Assembly (NCBI GenBank): GCA_036388975.1
Contig: DASVQT010000054.1
Span: 5,838 to 69,837, forward strand
DNA: 64,000 nt
DNA from: Allosphingosinicella sp.
GTDB lineage: Bacteria > Pseudomonadota > Alphaproteobacteria > Sphingomonadales > Sphingomonadaceae
Direction of reading: 5' to 3'
Positions within the stretch are counted from its first letter, which is position 1. Each line of letters opens with the position of its first letter. A program made the position numbers and the translations under genes. The notes under the pieces were generated by a model. That model ran no database searches and was not told the origin of the DNA. It was given only the letters and a program-made list of their open reading frames with translations. Shown one piece after another: positions 10,701 to 18,187 of the stretch.

Positions 10701-10955
10701 AGGCAGAACTGGCTGGTGCGGCGCTTCGCCAACCTGCCGTTCCGCTTCAACATCACGGTGCGCGGTCCGCTTCGCGCGGTGATCGGCATTACCCGGGACA
10801 TGAAGGATCCGAGCATCCTCATCCAGCCCGTCCTTCCGGAAGCGCTTCAGGGCCTTCCCACATCCGTCACCACCATCACCGAACAGACCGCCGACACAAC
10901 CGCCACCCCGACACCCGAACCCGAACCCGAACCCGAAAGCGAGGTCCAGCCATGA
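7725..10955 (+). CDS. ydbH: YdbH-like AsmA-family intermembrane lipid-transport protein
   Basis: 1076-aa protein with an N-terminal TM anchor (WPWVLAALLLLILSGLLILWLL). It is followed by overlapping ynbE and ydbL homologues, the canonical operon order. The exact start is uncertain. Confidence 0.8.
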   Translation: MTGCPGEGWRKRVDEAETVEVEAPNRRRRRWPWVLAALLLLILSGLLILWLLRFTIAADYIDRELAKRGVRATYDVKRIGFRRQRLENLVIGDPARPDLTARWVEVELSWAGFAYPKVALITARGVRLRGRIVNGRVSLGEVDKLLPPPSGAPFRLPNQRIDVADAAIGLETPAGMVGIGLSGRGNLSNGFRGHMAALSRRLTVGECVVAEPGARVRVAVDRHRPTFTGPLRLDSMICEDDFAILAARFDAEVQLSESFDAWRGQTRLAAARLDAGPNRLAALRGSVSFAGNFLDTRGRLAVESNEAAVSRFRASGMRLAGEYQISPRRGHVALDGDLALAGFTAPGALDPITAALRSADGTPVRPIGQQLAAALLRAGEGGASARARVRLVNRDGAGSAQFESLDFVARSGARLRATSGSGITYAWPSGLVRTDGAFALSGGGLPDARFTLRQARAGGAIEGTGSVAPLAAGGSRLALGAIRFVAEPGGATRIDTTATIDGSFDGGRVQGLSIPIRGRLAGGGFTFGETCAPASFRRLQVETLAIGPSRLSLCPTGRALVWRTPGGTVQAGAELRNVRLAGTLGRSPVALDAARFRFGLGERAFAGSNVTVRLGRDTGLHRLQVAELAGRFVGRDVQGTFRGLSGKLAAVPLLLSDGAGRWSIRGGDLALNGSVRVADERDPDRFYPMVSDDFRVTLAENRVRTTGSFRHPESGTLILNAVVDHDLRSGTGGADIQVPGIAFALDGLQPEDLTRLTVGAVALVEGTLRGTGRIDWRPGVTSSSGTFSTEGMNLAAAFGPVEGLTTTVNFTDLLRLESAPGQVARIDMVRAGIDVQNGTLRYQLRPGSLVQVEGGQWPLWGGELLLQPTLLDFSRPTTKYLAFQVVGIDAAQVVDNAGLTSIELTGIFDGVLPMEFDVRGGRIVGGRLEARPGGGTLSYVAPIDRANMALGSRIAFDALRSIRYNRLEIQLDGNLAGEFLSRIRLDGLTLATRQNWLVRRFANLPFRFNITVRGPLRAVIGITRDMKDPSILIQPVLPEALQGLPTSVTTITEQTADTTATPTPEPEPEPESEVQP

Positions 10956-11152
10956 CAGCGACCACAAGGAAAGGCGCCCTCAGGGCCGCCGCATTGCTCG
11001 GCGCCGCCGCCGCGCTCGGCGGCTGCGTCCAGGTGGCGGCGCCCGACCGGCCGATCGAAGTCAATCTCAACATCAACATCCGCCAGGAGGTGGTCGTCCG
11101 CCTCCAGCAGGACGCGCGCGACCTGATCGAGCGCGAACAGCGGGATTATTGA
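10952..11152 (+). CDS. ynbE: YnbE-family lipoprotein
   Basis: ATG at 10952, in the tail of alternate-frame ORF 7820..11152. It has the lipobox LGGC, and DRPIEVNLNINIRQEVVVR matches the E. coli YnbE core (PITINMNVKIEHEIIIK). It overlaps the ydbH stop by 4 nt. Confidence 0.8.
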   Translation: MTATTRKGALRAAALLGAAAALGGCVQVAAPDRPIEVNLNINIRQEVVVRLQQDARDLIEREQRDY

Positions 11153-11544
11153 TGGCGCGCTTCGCCCTTTTCGCCGCGACCGCCTGCGCGCTCGCCGCCG
11201 CCGGTGCCTCCGGGCTCGCCGCCACGGCCGCCGTCCAGGAAAGCGCCGCGGAGCTGCGCGCCACCGGCCTCGTCGGGGAGCGCTTTGACGGCTTCCTAGG
11301 GCTGGTCGGCTCCGCGCCGCCGCGAGTCCGCGCCGAAGTGGACGCGGTCAACATCCGCCGCCGCGCTCATTATGCTGAGCTCGCCCGTGTCCGCGGGGTC
11401 GTGATCGAGGAGGCCGCCGCCGCCACGGCCTGCGAAATCTTCGCAACCCGCATCGCGCCGGGGCAATATTATCTGCTCCCCGACAATGTCTGGCGCCGCC
11501 GCGAAGGCAGCGCCCCCGTGCCGCGCCCCGCTTACTGCCGCTAG
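11149..11544 (+). CDS. ydbL: YdbL-family (DUF1318) periplasmic protein
   Basis: Signal peptide, then ...LRATGLVGERFDGFLGLV...INIRRRAHYAELAR... resembling E. coli YdbL. It overlaps the ynbE stop by 4 nt. Confidence 0.8.
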   Translation: MMARFALFAATACALAAAGASGLAATAAVQESAAELRATGLVGERFDGFLGLVGSAPPRVRAEVDAVNIRRRAHYAELARVRGVVIEEAAAATACEIFATRIAPGQYYLLPDNVWRRREGSAPVPRPAYCR

Positions 11545-12338
11545 CGGCGGCTCGCGGCGCAGGCGGGATCCGGCACGCCTTCGTTGCAGCCGACCGCAGC
11601 AGTCCGCCTCGAAACGCGGAAGGCGGCCCGGTATCGCGGCTTCAGCGCCTGAAGGAGCCGCGGCGTCACCGGTATGAGGACCTCGTACGGCCCGCTCGCA
11701 TAGCCGTCCATCTCGCCTGGGGAGAGGCGCAGCGTGTCGATGCGGCCGTCCGCGCCGCCGACCGGCGACCCGTCCTCCGGCGGTTCGCCGCAGCCGCCCG
11801 AAAAACGCCCGCCGCTCTCCTCCGCCTTGCGGCGCCGCACCGCCACGATCGCCGGGCAGTAGAGGCGCGCGATCTCGGCGCGGGCGGCGGCCGGATCAGC
11901 GAAGAGGTCCGCGAATGCGACCTGCCGGTCGCCGCCCCGATCCCAGATCAGCGCCCGCGTTCCGGACCATGGATGCGCGCCGCCGGCATATTCATCGATG
12001 CGGGCGCGGAGCGCCACGAACTCGGGCCTGTCGGCGTCGAAGCGGTAGACCTCCTGGTGGTAGAAGCGGCCCTCCTGATGCTCGGCAGCATAGGCTTCAA
12101 GGGTCGCGAACTCCTCGCGCGCCGCGCCCCGGCGCGCGTCGAGCTCCCGGGCAAGGCCGGGAAGCTCCGCCGCCACGCGCGGATAGGCGAAGGCGAAGCT
12201 CCAATTCCGCCCCGTCTCCGCGATACAGGCGAGCCCCGCCGCATATTCGGGCACCTCAAGCGGGCAGAGCGCCGCCGCGCCAGGCACCTGCGGCTCGGGC
12301 GCGGCGAGCAGCAGCAGGGGGAGCAACAGCGACGTCAT
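11541..12338 (-). CDS. DUF3298/DUF4163 (RsiV/PdaC-like) domain protein, secreted
   Basis: Signal peptide MTSLLLPLLLLAAP and the characteristic YAGGAHP motif (IDEYAGGAHPWSG). Confidence 0.7.
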   Translation of the reverse strand: MTSLLLPLLLLAAPEPQVPGAAALCPLEVPEYAAGLACIAETGRNWSFAFAYPRVAAELPGLARELDARRGAAREEFATLEAYAAEHQEGRFYHQEVYRFDADRPEFVALRARIDEYAGGAHPWSGTRALIWDRGGDRQVAFADLFADPAAARAEIARLYCPAIVAVRRRKAEESGGRFSGGCGEPPEDGSPVGGADGRIDTLRLSPGEMDGYASGPYEVLIPVTPRLLQALKPRYRAAFRVSRRTAAVGCNEGVPDPACAASRR

Positions 12339-12522
12339 CGTCCGAGGCTGGGCCCGATTCGCTTTCCGCCCGCTTAACGCGGCCCTTGTGCAGCGCAGCA
12401 GTGCTGTTGACTTGCCACCACCCCCTTTCTAAAGGAACCGCGCCTTGGCGGGTTCGTTCGCCGGCATGTCCCACGCCCTGTCGAGTCGCTGATCAAGAGG
12501 CGCTTTTTCGCGGGAGTTAGGC

Positions 12523-12831
12523 ATGACGGAAAACGGGCCCGGGCAAGACCATGACACCCGCCTGGACGCGCTGGAACGAAAGTTGCGGCAGGCCGAGCGG
12601 GACGAAGCGGTACGGACGGGCAAGGATCGCAAGCCGGTGGACGAGAGCTACCGGATGGGCAACCAGGTCCTGTCCTACCTGATCGGCGGTCTTGCCGGCG
12701 GAGCATTGATCGGGTGGGTCTTGGACCGCCTGCTCGGCACTTCGCCCGGCTTCCTGATCGCGCTGACGCTCCTTGGAGTGGCGGCGGGGTTCTGGAACAT
12801 CATCAAGATTTCCAACCGGCGCCCCGGCTGA
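12523..12831 (+). CDS. atpI: ATP synthase protein I (AtpI/AtpZ family)
   Basis: Small two-TM protein immediately upstream of atpB (YLIGGLAGGALIGWVLD...FLIALTLLGVAAGFWN). Confidence 0.8.
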   Translation: MTENGPGQDHDTRLDALERKLRQAERDEAVRTGKDRKPVDESYRMGNQVLSYLIGGLAGGALIGWVLDRLLGTSPGFLIALTLLGVAAGFWNIIKISNRRPG

Positions 12832-12871
12832 GCCGCGGGCGCTTCTGGTACAAGAAACGGGAAACGCGCAC

Positions 12872-13690
12872 GTGGCGGCCGAAGAAGGCAAGATCGATCC
12901 GATGCACCAGTTCGAGGTGCAGTCGATCGCCGACCTCCACCTCGGGGGCTGGAACCTGAGCTTCACCAACAGCGCCCTGTGGATGCTGATCACGCTGGTC
13001 GTGCTCTGGATCTTCATGCTCGGCGGAATGAAGCGGGAGCTCGTGCCCGGCCGCTGGCAGGCCGCGGTGGAGGGCGTCACCGGCTTCATCTCCTCGATGA
13101 TGACCACGAACATCGGTCCGGAAGGGCGCAAGTACACGCCCTTCGTCTTCTCGATCTTCATGTTCATCCTGATCGCGAACCTGCTCGGCATGCTGCCGCT
13201 CGGCCTGTTCGCGCCGGTCACGCACGGCGTGCCGGTTGCCGAGCAGCTCGCTCATCCCTTCACCGTCACCAGCCACCTGACGATCACCGGCGTGCTCGCC
13301 ATCGTCTCGTTCGGCCTGGTGCTCGCCGTCGGCTTCGCCCGTCACGGCTTCCACTTCTTCTCGCTCTTCGTGCCGCACGGCGCCCCCTGGTGGATGCTGC
13401 CGATCCTCGTGCCGGTCGAGTTCGTCTCGTTCATGGTGCGGCCGTTCAGCCTCGGCCTTCGTCTCTTCGTCGCCATGACGGCGGGGCACATCCTCCTGAA
13501 GGTCCTCGGCGGCTTCGTGATCAACGGCATGAATGCCGAGGCGCTCTGGGTGGCGCCGGTGGTCGCGCTGCCGAGCTTCATCCTGATGATCGGCATCAGC
13601 GCGCTGGAGCTGCTCGTCGCCGTGATCCAGGCCTATGTCTTCGCGCTGCTGACCTCGCTTTATCTGAACGACGCGGTCAACCTGCACTAA
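12872..13690 (+). CDS. atpB: F0F1 ATP synthase subunit a
   Basis: ORF 12773..13690; the likely start is the GTG at 12872 (VAAEEGKIDPMHQFEV). The conserved Arg region LGLRLFVAMTAGH is present. Confidence 0.95.
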   Translation: MAAEEGKIDPMHQFEVQSIADLHLGGWNLSFTNSALWMLITLVVLWIFMLGGMKRELVPGRWQAAVEGVTGFISSMMTTNIGPEGRKYTPFVFSIFMFILIANLLGMLPLGLFAPVTHGVPVAEQLAHPFTVTSHLTITGVLAIVSFGLVLAVGFARHGFHFFSLFVPHGAPWWMLPILVPVEFVSFMVRPFSLGLRLFVAMTAGHILLKVLGGFVINGMNAEALWVAPVVALPSFILMIGISALELLVAVIQAYVFALLTSLYLNDAVNLH

Positions 13691-13754
13691 GCCTCGACAA
13701 GTTTTCGCAACGATTCCCCAACGATTTCAAGCATTCACAAAAGGAGTTTATAAA

Positions 13755-13982
13755 ATGGACGCAGAAGCCGCAAAGCTGATCGGTGCCGGTCTCGCCGCCA
13801 TCGGCGTCGGCATGGCCGCCCTTGGCGTCGGCAACGTCTTCGGCTCGTTCCTCGAGAGCGCGCTTCGCAACCCGGCCGCGGCCGACTCGCAGCAGGGCCG
13901 CCTGTTCATCGGCTTCGCGGCCGCCGAGCTTCTCGGCCTGCTCGCGTTCGTCGTCGCGATGATCCTGCTCTTCGTCGCGTAA
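13755..13982 (+). CDS. atpE: F0F1 ATP synthase subunit c
   Basis: 75-aa hairpin proteolipid with a GxGxGxG-like helix 1 and the carboxylate E in FAAAELLGLLAF. Confidence 0.97.
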   Translation: MDAEAAKLIGAGLAAIGVGMAALGVGNVFGSFLESALRNPAAADSQQGRLFIGFAAAELLGLLAFVVAMILLFVA

Positions 13983-14002
13983 CGAAGCGAAATTGCCCCA
14001 CA

Positions 14003-14083
14003 CCCGCTAGGGCTGAGCCTGTCGAAGCCCGGGGTTGCAGGACACTGCAATCCGTCCTTCACACAAGCTCAGGACTAGCGGGG
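14003..14083. repeat. Family A palindromic intergenic repeat pair (inverted units) inside the atp operon
   Basis: CCGCTAGGGCTGAGCCTGTCGAAGCCCGG (14003-14032) faces a degenerate inverse unit CTGCAATCCGTCCTTCACACAAGCTCAGGACTAGCGGGG (14045-14083). The same unit occurs at 51227-51443, 56101-56288 and 63877-63952. Confidence 0.8.
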
Positions 14084-14133
14084 AGGGGTTATCCGGACTC
14101 CCGTTTTCCGGACCATCCAGGAACACCAGGCAA

Positions 14134-14628
14134 ATGCCTCAGATCGCCCAGATTTCCGAGATTTTCGCCAGCCAGTTCTTCTGGCTCGCGATCGTCTTCG
14201 GCCTCATCTACTTCGTGATCGGCCGCTCCATGCTGCCCAAGATCGAAGCGACGGTCGACCAGCGCGACCGCAAGATCGCCGAAGACCTCGCCGAAGCGGA
14301 GCGCGCCCGCGCCCGCGCCGACGAGATCGAGGAATTGAACCGCCTCGAAACCGAGCGGAGCCGGGGCGAGGCTCTGAAGGTGACCCAGGCCGCCAAGGAC
14401 GCCGCCGCCCGTGAGCGGGAAGCGCGCGTCAAGGCGGCCGACGTCGAAACGGCGACTCGGGTCGGCGCCGCCGAAACCCGGATCCGCAGCGCCGCCGATG
14501 CCGCCATGGCCGAGATCGAATCGGTCGCGGCCGAGGCTGCGCAGGAAATGGTCCAGCGCCTTTCCGGCGCCAGCGTGTCGCGCGACGAGGCACAGAACGC
14601 AGTAAGGGCTGCCCTTTCCAATGGCTGA
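14134..14628 (+). CDS. F0F1 ATP synthase subunit b'
   Basis: ORF 14035..14628; the real start is the ATG at 14134 (MPQIAQISEIFASQFFWLAIVFGLIYFV). It has a single TM followed by a long charged helix, and it sits between atpE and atpF. Confidence 0.85.
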   Translation: MPQIAQISEIFASQFFWLAIVFGLIYFVIGRSMLPKIEATVDQRDRKIAEDLAEAERARARADEIEELNRLETERSRGEALKVTQAAKDAAAREREARVKAADVETATRVGAAETRIRSAADAAMAEIESVAAEAAQEMVQRLSGASVSRDEAQNAVRAALSNG

Positions 14629-15256
14629 TCCGCACGCCGCATCCTCGCCGGAGGCGAACCTCACCGCAGCGTCCACCAAGGGCGAGCACGGTGCCATGCC
14701 GGAAAGCGGCGGATCGCACGGCACTGCCGGCACCGGTGCCGACGGCGGGCCGCCGCATGCCGAGCCCGCCGCTCTGGGCCTGAACGCCACCGCCTGGGTC
14801 GCGCTCGCCATGGCGGTCGTGATCGCGATCATGCTGTGGAAAAAGGTGCCGGCCGCGATCGGCCGCGCCCTCGACCGCAAGATCGAAGGCATTCGCGAGC
14901 AGCTCGACGAAGCGAAGCGCCTGCGTGCCGAGGCCGAGGCGCTGCGCTCCGAATATGAAGCCAAGCAGGCCGGCGCCGCCGCCGAAGCCGCCGCCCTTCT
15001 CGACGGCGCCCGCCGCGAGGCCGACGCCATCCGCGTCCAGGCCGAGACGGATGCCGCCTCGCTGATCGAGCGCCGCACCCGCATGGCCGAGGACAAGATC
15101 GCCGCCGCCGAGCGCGCGGCCCTCGCCTCGGTGCGTGCCAAGGCGGTGGACGCCGCCGCCGCCGCCGCCGAACGCCTCATCCGCGACCGCCACGACGCCG
15201 GCGCCGACCGCGCGATGATCGACGAGACCATCGCAGGCCTCGGCCAGGCGTACTGA
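14621..15256 (+). CDS. atpF: F0F1 ATP synthase subunit b
   Basis: It has a TM (AWVALAMAVVIAIMLW) and a long A/E/R-rich coiled helix. It overlaps the b' gene end by 8 nt. Confidence 0.85.
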   Translation: MADPHAASSPEANLTAASTKGEHGAMPESGGSHGTAGTGADGGPPHAEPAALGLNATAWVALAMAVVIAIMLWKKVPAAIGRALDRKIEGIREQLDEAKRLRAEAEALRSEYEAKQAGAAAEAAALLDGARREADAIRVQAETDAASLIERRTRMAEDKIAAAERAALASVRAKAVDAAAAAAERLIRDRHDAGADRAMIDETIAGLGQAY

Positions 15257-15261
15257 CCACC

Positions 15262-15360
15262 TTCATTCCCGCGAAAGCGGGAATCCAGCGAAAGGCGGTC
15301 GGAAGGCGCAGCGGGCGGAAACGCCCACGGAATTCCCGCTTGCGCGGGGATGACGCGCAG
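15262..15360. repeat. Family D hairpin repeats (PAFAG-type) downstream of atpF
   Basis: ATTCCCGC-GAAA-GCGGGAAT hairpin at 15265-15284, and a second related unit GAATTCCCGCTTGCGCGGGGATGACGC. They are related to the GCTCCGGC-CTTC-GCCGGAGC hairpins at 29245-29511. Confidence 0.7.
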
Positions 15361-15534
15361 GGGGCAGGCACCGCCGCTTTCAATGTAGGCTAAGCTGTGG
15401 TCCGGTTGCCGAATGACGACTCGCACGCCGCCCATCCCCTCCGTCGCACCGCCCGCACCGTCAGCGAAAGTTGACCGCTTTCGCCCTGACGTGGCTTCAA
15501 CTTGGTCAACTTCCACAGCGCCCGGCAGCCCGCG

Positions 15535-16209
15535 ATGATTCCGCGGGTCCTCCTCGACACCGCGCCCATGCCCGGCGGCGGCCCGGAGCTGCGCCTGTAC
15601 CGGCGCGGCGACGAATTTCAGATCATGACAGGCAGCGTCGAGCTGATGACCAGCCGCGCCGCCGGGACGGAGGAGGCGCTGGCGCGGATCGCCTGGGAGC
15701 GGATCCAGAGGCGGGCGCGGCCGGCCATGCTGATCGGCGGGCTCGGCATGGGCTTCACGCTCCGCGAGGCGCTGGCGGTGCTTCCGGCCGACGCCGAAGT
15801 GACCGTGTCCGAGCTGGTGCCGGCGGTGGTTTCCTGGGCGCGCGGGCCGCTGGGGCATATTCACGCCGGCAGTCTCGACGATCCGCGGGTGACGATCGCG
15901 CAGGAGGACGTCGCCGCGACGATCGGCCGCAGCCGCGCTAGGTGGGACGCGATCCTGCTCGACATCGACAACGGGCCGCATGCTTTGGTCGTCGAAAGCA
16001 ACGACCTGATCTACGCATCGGAAGGGCTTCGCGCTGCCAGGGAAGCGCTGAAGCCGGGCGGCGTCCTCGCCATCTGGTCGTCCAACGCCGACGCCGCCTT
16101 CACCCGGCGCTTGAAGGCCGAGCGCTTCGCCGTGGACGAAGTCCGCGTCCGCTCGGCGGGCCGCAAGGGGACGCGCAACCATCTCTGGTTCGCCGCGAGA
16201 AGCCGGTAG
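15535..16209 (+). CDS. Spermidine-synthase-like class I SAM-dependent transferase
   Basis: ORF 15502..16209; the likely start is MIPRVLLD. Features are LIGGLGMGFTLREAL (SAM-binding GxGxG), DAILLDIDNGP and PGGVLAIWS. Confidence 0.65.
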   Translation: MIPRVLLDTAPMPGGGPELRLYRRGDEFQIMTGSVELMTSRAAGTEEALARIAWERIQRRARPAMLIGGLGMGFTLREALAVLPADAEVTVSELVPAVVSWARGPLGHIHAGSLDDPRVTIAQEDVAATIGRSRARWDAILLDIDNGPHALVVESNDLIYASEGLRAAREALKPGGVLAIWSSNADAAFTRRLKAERFAVDEVRVRSAGRKGTRNHLWFAARSR

Positions 16210-16241
16210 CCGCGGGTGCTCACCCTCCCTAGATCAGCCCC

Positions 16242-18173
16242 GTGACCGACAGTTCGCCCGAGACCTCAAGCGACCGTTTCAACGAGGAGAAGTCCGCCTA
16301 CACGGTGCGCGGCTCCGACCTGCCCGATCTGGATCAGGGCGTGGCGGCGATCCGTTCGGTGGTGAAGACCCTGCCGGTGCGCCCGGGCGTCTACCGGATG
16401 CTCGATGCCAAAGGCGAGGTGCTGTACGTCGGCAAGGCGCGCGCGCTCAAGAACCGCGTGACAAACTACACGCAGGTGTCGCGTCTTTCGAAGCGGCTGC
16501 AGCGCATGGTGTCGCAGACCCGGTCGATGCAGATCGTCACCACGAACACCGAAGCGGAGGCGCTGCTCCTCGAAGCGCAGCTGATCAAGCGCTACCGCCC
16601 GCCCTACAACGTCCTGCTGCGCGACGATAAGAGCTTCCCTTTCATCCTGCTGCGCGAGGACCACGACTTTCCGCAGGTGCGGAAGCATCGCGGCGCGCGG
16701 CGGCACAAGGGCGCTTATTATGGCCCGTTCGCCAGCGCCGGCTCGGTGACGCGGACGCTCAATGCGCTCCAGAAGCTGTTCCTGCTCAGAAGCTGCACCG
16801 ACAGCTTCTTCGCCACCCGCAAGCGGCCCTGCCTCCTTTACCAGATCAAGCGCTGCTCGGCGCCGTGCGTGGAGCGGGTGACCAGGGAGGATTATGCGGA
16901 GCTGGTCGGCGACGCGAAGGACTTCCTCGCCGGCAAGTCGACCAAGGTGCAGCAGAAGCTCGCCGCCTCCATGCAGGAAGCGGCGGAGGCGATGGATTTC
17001 GAGCTGGCGGCGCTCTACCGCGACCGCCTGCGCTCGCTGACCTTCATCCAGGGCACGCAGACCATCGCCGCCGAAGGGCTGGGCGACGCCGACATCTTCG
17101 CGCTCGCCTGCAAGGGCGGAACGATGTGCATCCAGGCCTTCTTCATCCGCGGCGGCAACAATTGGGGGCACCGGAGCTTCTTCCCGGCGCACACCGCCGA
17201 CGTTCCCGAGGACGAGGTGCTGGCCAGCTTCCTGATGCAGTTCTACGAGGAAGTGCCGCCGCCCAAGTCCATCCTGATGGACCGCATGGTGCCGGAAGCG
17301 GAGCTGGTCGCCGAAGCGCTGTCCGAGCGGGCCGAGCGCAAGGTGACCCTTCGCGTGCCCCAGCGCGGCGACCATGTGCGAATGGTGAGCCAGGCCAAGC
17401 GCAACGCGGAGGAGGAGCTCGACCGCCACCTCGCGGAGACCAGCACGCAGGCGAAGACGCTGCGGGCGCTGACCGACATCCTGGAGCTTCCCGAGCCGCC
17501 CGACCGGATCGAAGTCTACGACAACAGCCACGTCATGGGCACCAATGCGGTCGGCGCGATGATCGTCGCCGGGCCCGAGGGCATGCGCAAGAACGCCTAC
17601 CGCAAGTTCAACATCAAGCGGCCGGAGACCGCGCCGGGCGACGATTTCGCGATGATGCGCGAAGTCCTCTCCCGCCGCTTCGCGCGGCTCGAAAAGGAGG
17701 ATCCGGACAGGAGCAAGGGCGACTGGCCGGACCTGCTGCTGATCGACGGCGGCAAAGGGCAGCTCTCCGCCGTGGTCGAGACGCTGGAGGATGCCGGCAT
17801 TCACGACGTGCCGGTGGTCGCCATCTCCAAGGGCCCGGACCGCAATGCCGGGCGCGAGACCATGCACCTGCCGAGCGGCCGCGACTTCCAGCTTCCGCCC
17901 AATTCGCCCGTGCTCTTCTATCTCCAGCGCCTGCGCGACGAAGCGCACCGCTTCGCCATCGGCGCGCACCGCCAGAAGCGCGCCAAGTCGATCTCGGCCA
18001 GCCCGCTCGACGAGGTGCCCGGCATCGGCCCCAACCGGAAGCGCGCCTTGCTGATGCACTTCGGCACCGCGCGCGCCGTCAAGAACGCCGCGCTCGAGGA
18101 TCTCGAAAAAGCGCCGGGCATCTCGAAAACCATGGCGCGCGGCATCTACGACTATTTCCACCCCAGCGGGTGA
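16242..18173 (+). CDS. uvrC: Excinuclease ABC subunit C
   Basis: GIY-YIG motif (GVYRMLDAKGEVLYVGKARALKNR), a UVR domain and a C-terminal HhH2. Length is 643 aa with a GTG start. Confidence 0.97.
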   Translation: MTDSSPETSSDRFNEEKSAYTVRGSDLPDLDQGVAAIRSVVKTLPVRPGVYRMLDAKGEVLYVGKARALKNRVTNYTQVSRLSKRLQRMVSQTRSMQIVTTNTEAEALLLEAQLIKRYRPPYNVLLRDDKSFPFILLREDHDFPQVRKHRGARRHKGAYYGPFASAGSVTRTLNALQKLFLLRSCTDSFFATRKRPCLLYQIKRCSAPCVERVTREDYAELVGDAKDFLAGKSTKVQQKLAASMQEAAEAMDFELAALYRDRLRSLTFIQGTQTIAAEGLGDADIFALACKGGTMCIQAFFIRGGNNWGHRSFFPAHTADVPEDEVLASFLMQFYEEVPPPKSILMDRMVPEAELVAEALSERAERKVTLRVPQRGDHVRMVSQAKRNAEEELDRHLAETSTQAKTLRALTDILELPEPPDRIEVYDNSHVMGTNAVGAMIVAGPEGMRKNAYRKFNIKRPETAPGDDFAMMREVLSRRFARLEKEDPDRSKGDWPDLLLIDGGKGQLSAVVETLEDAGIHDVPVVAISKGPDRNAGRETMHLPSGRDFQLPPNSPVLFYLQRLRDEAHRFAIGAHRQKRAKSISASPLDEVPGIGPNRKRALLMHFGTARAVKNAALEDLEKAPGISKTMARGIYDYFHPSG

Positions 18174-18187
18174 AAGAGGAGTTTCCG

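Noticed and set aside
7617-10967. 1116-aa minus-strand ORF and 1110-aa plus-strand ORF (7820..11152) overlapping ydbH
   Set aside because: The YdbH frame (7725..10955) has a TM anchor and sensible composition, whereas the others are Arg/Pro/Gly-rich. Only the last 201 nt of 7820..11152 is real (ynbE).
12407-12435. Sigma-70-like promoter for the atp operon (TTGACT-N17-TAAAGG)
   Set aside because: The -35 element is good but the -10 matches TATAAT at only 3 of 6 positions. This is too weak to report as a feature without a mapped transcription start.
14089-16182. 697-aa minus-strand ORF across atpF', atpF, the repeats and the methyltransferase gene
   Set aside because: It is antisense to recognisable ATP synthase b/b' genes and passes through repeat elements. 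It is a high-GC artefact.
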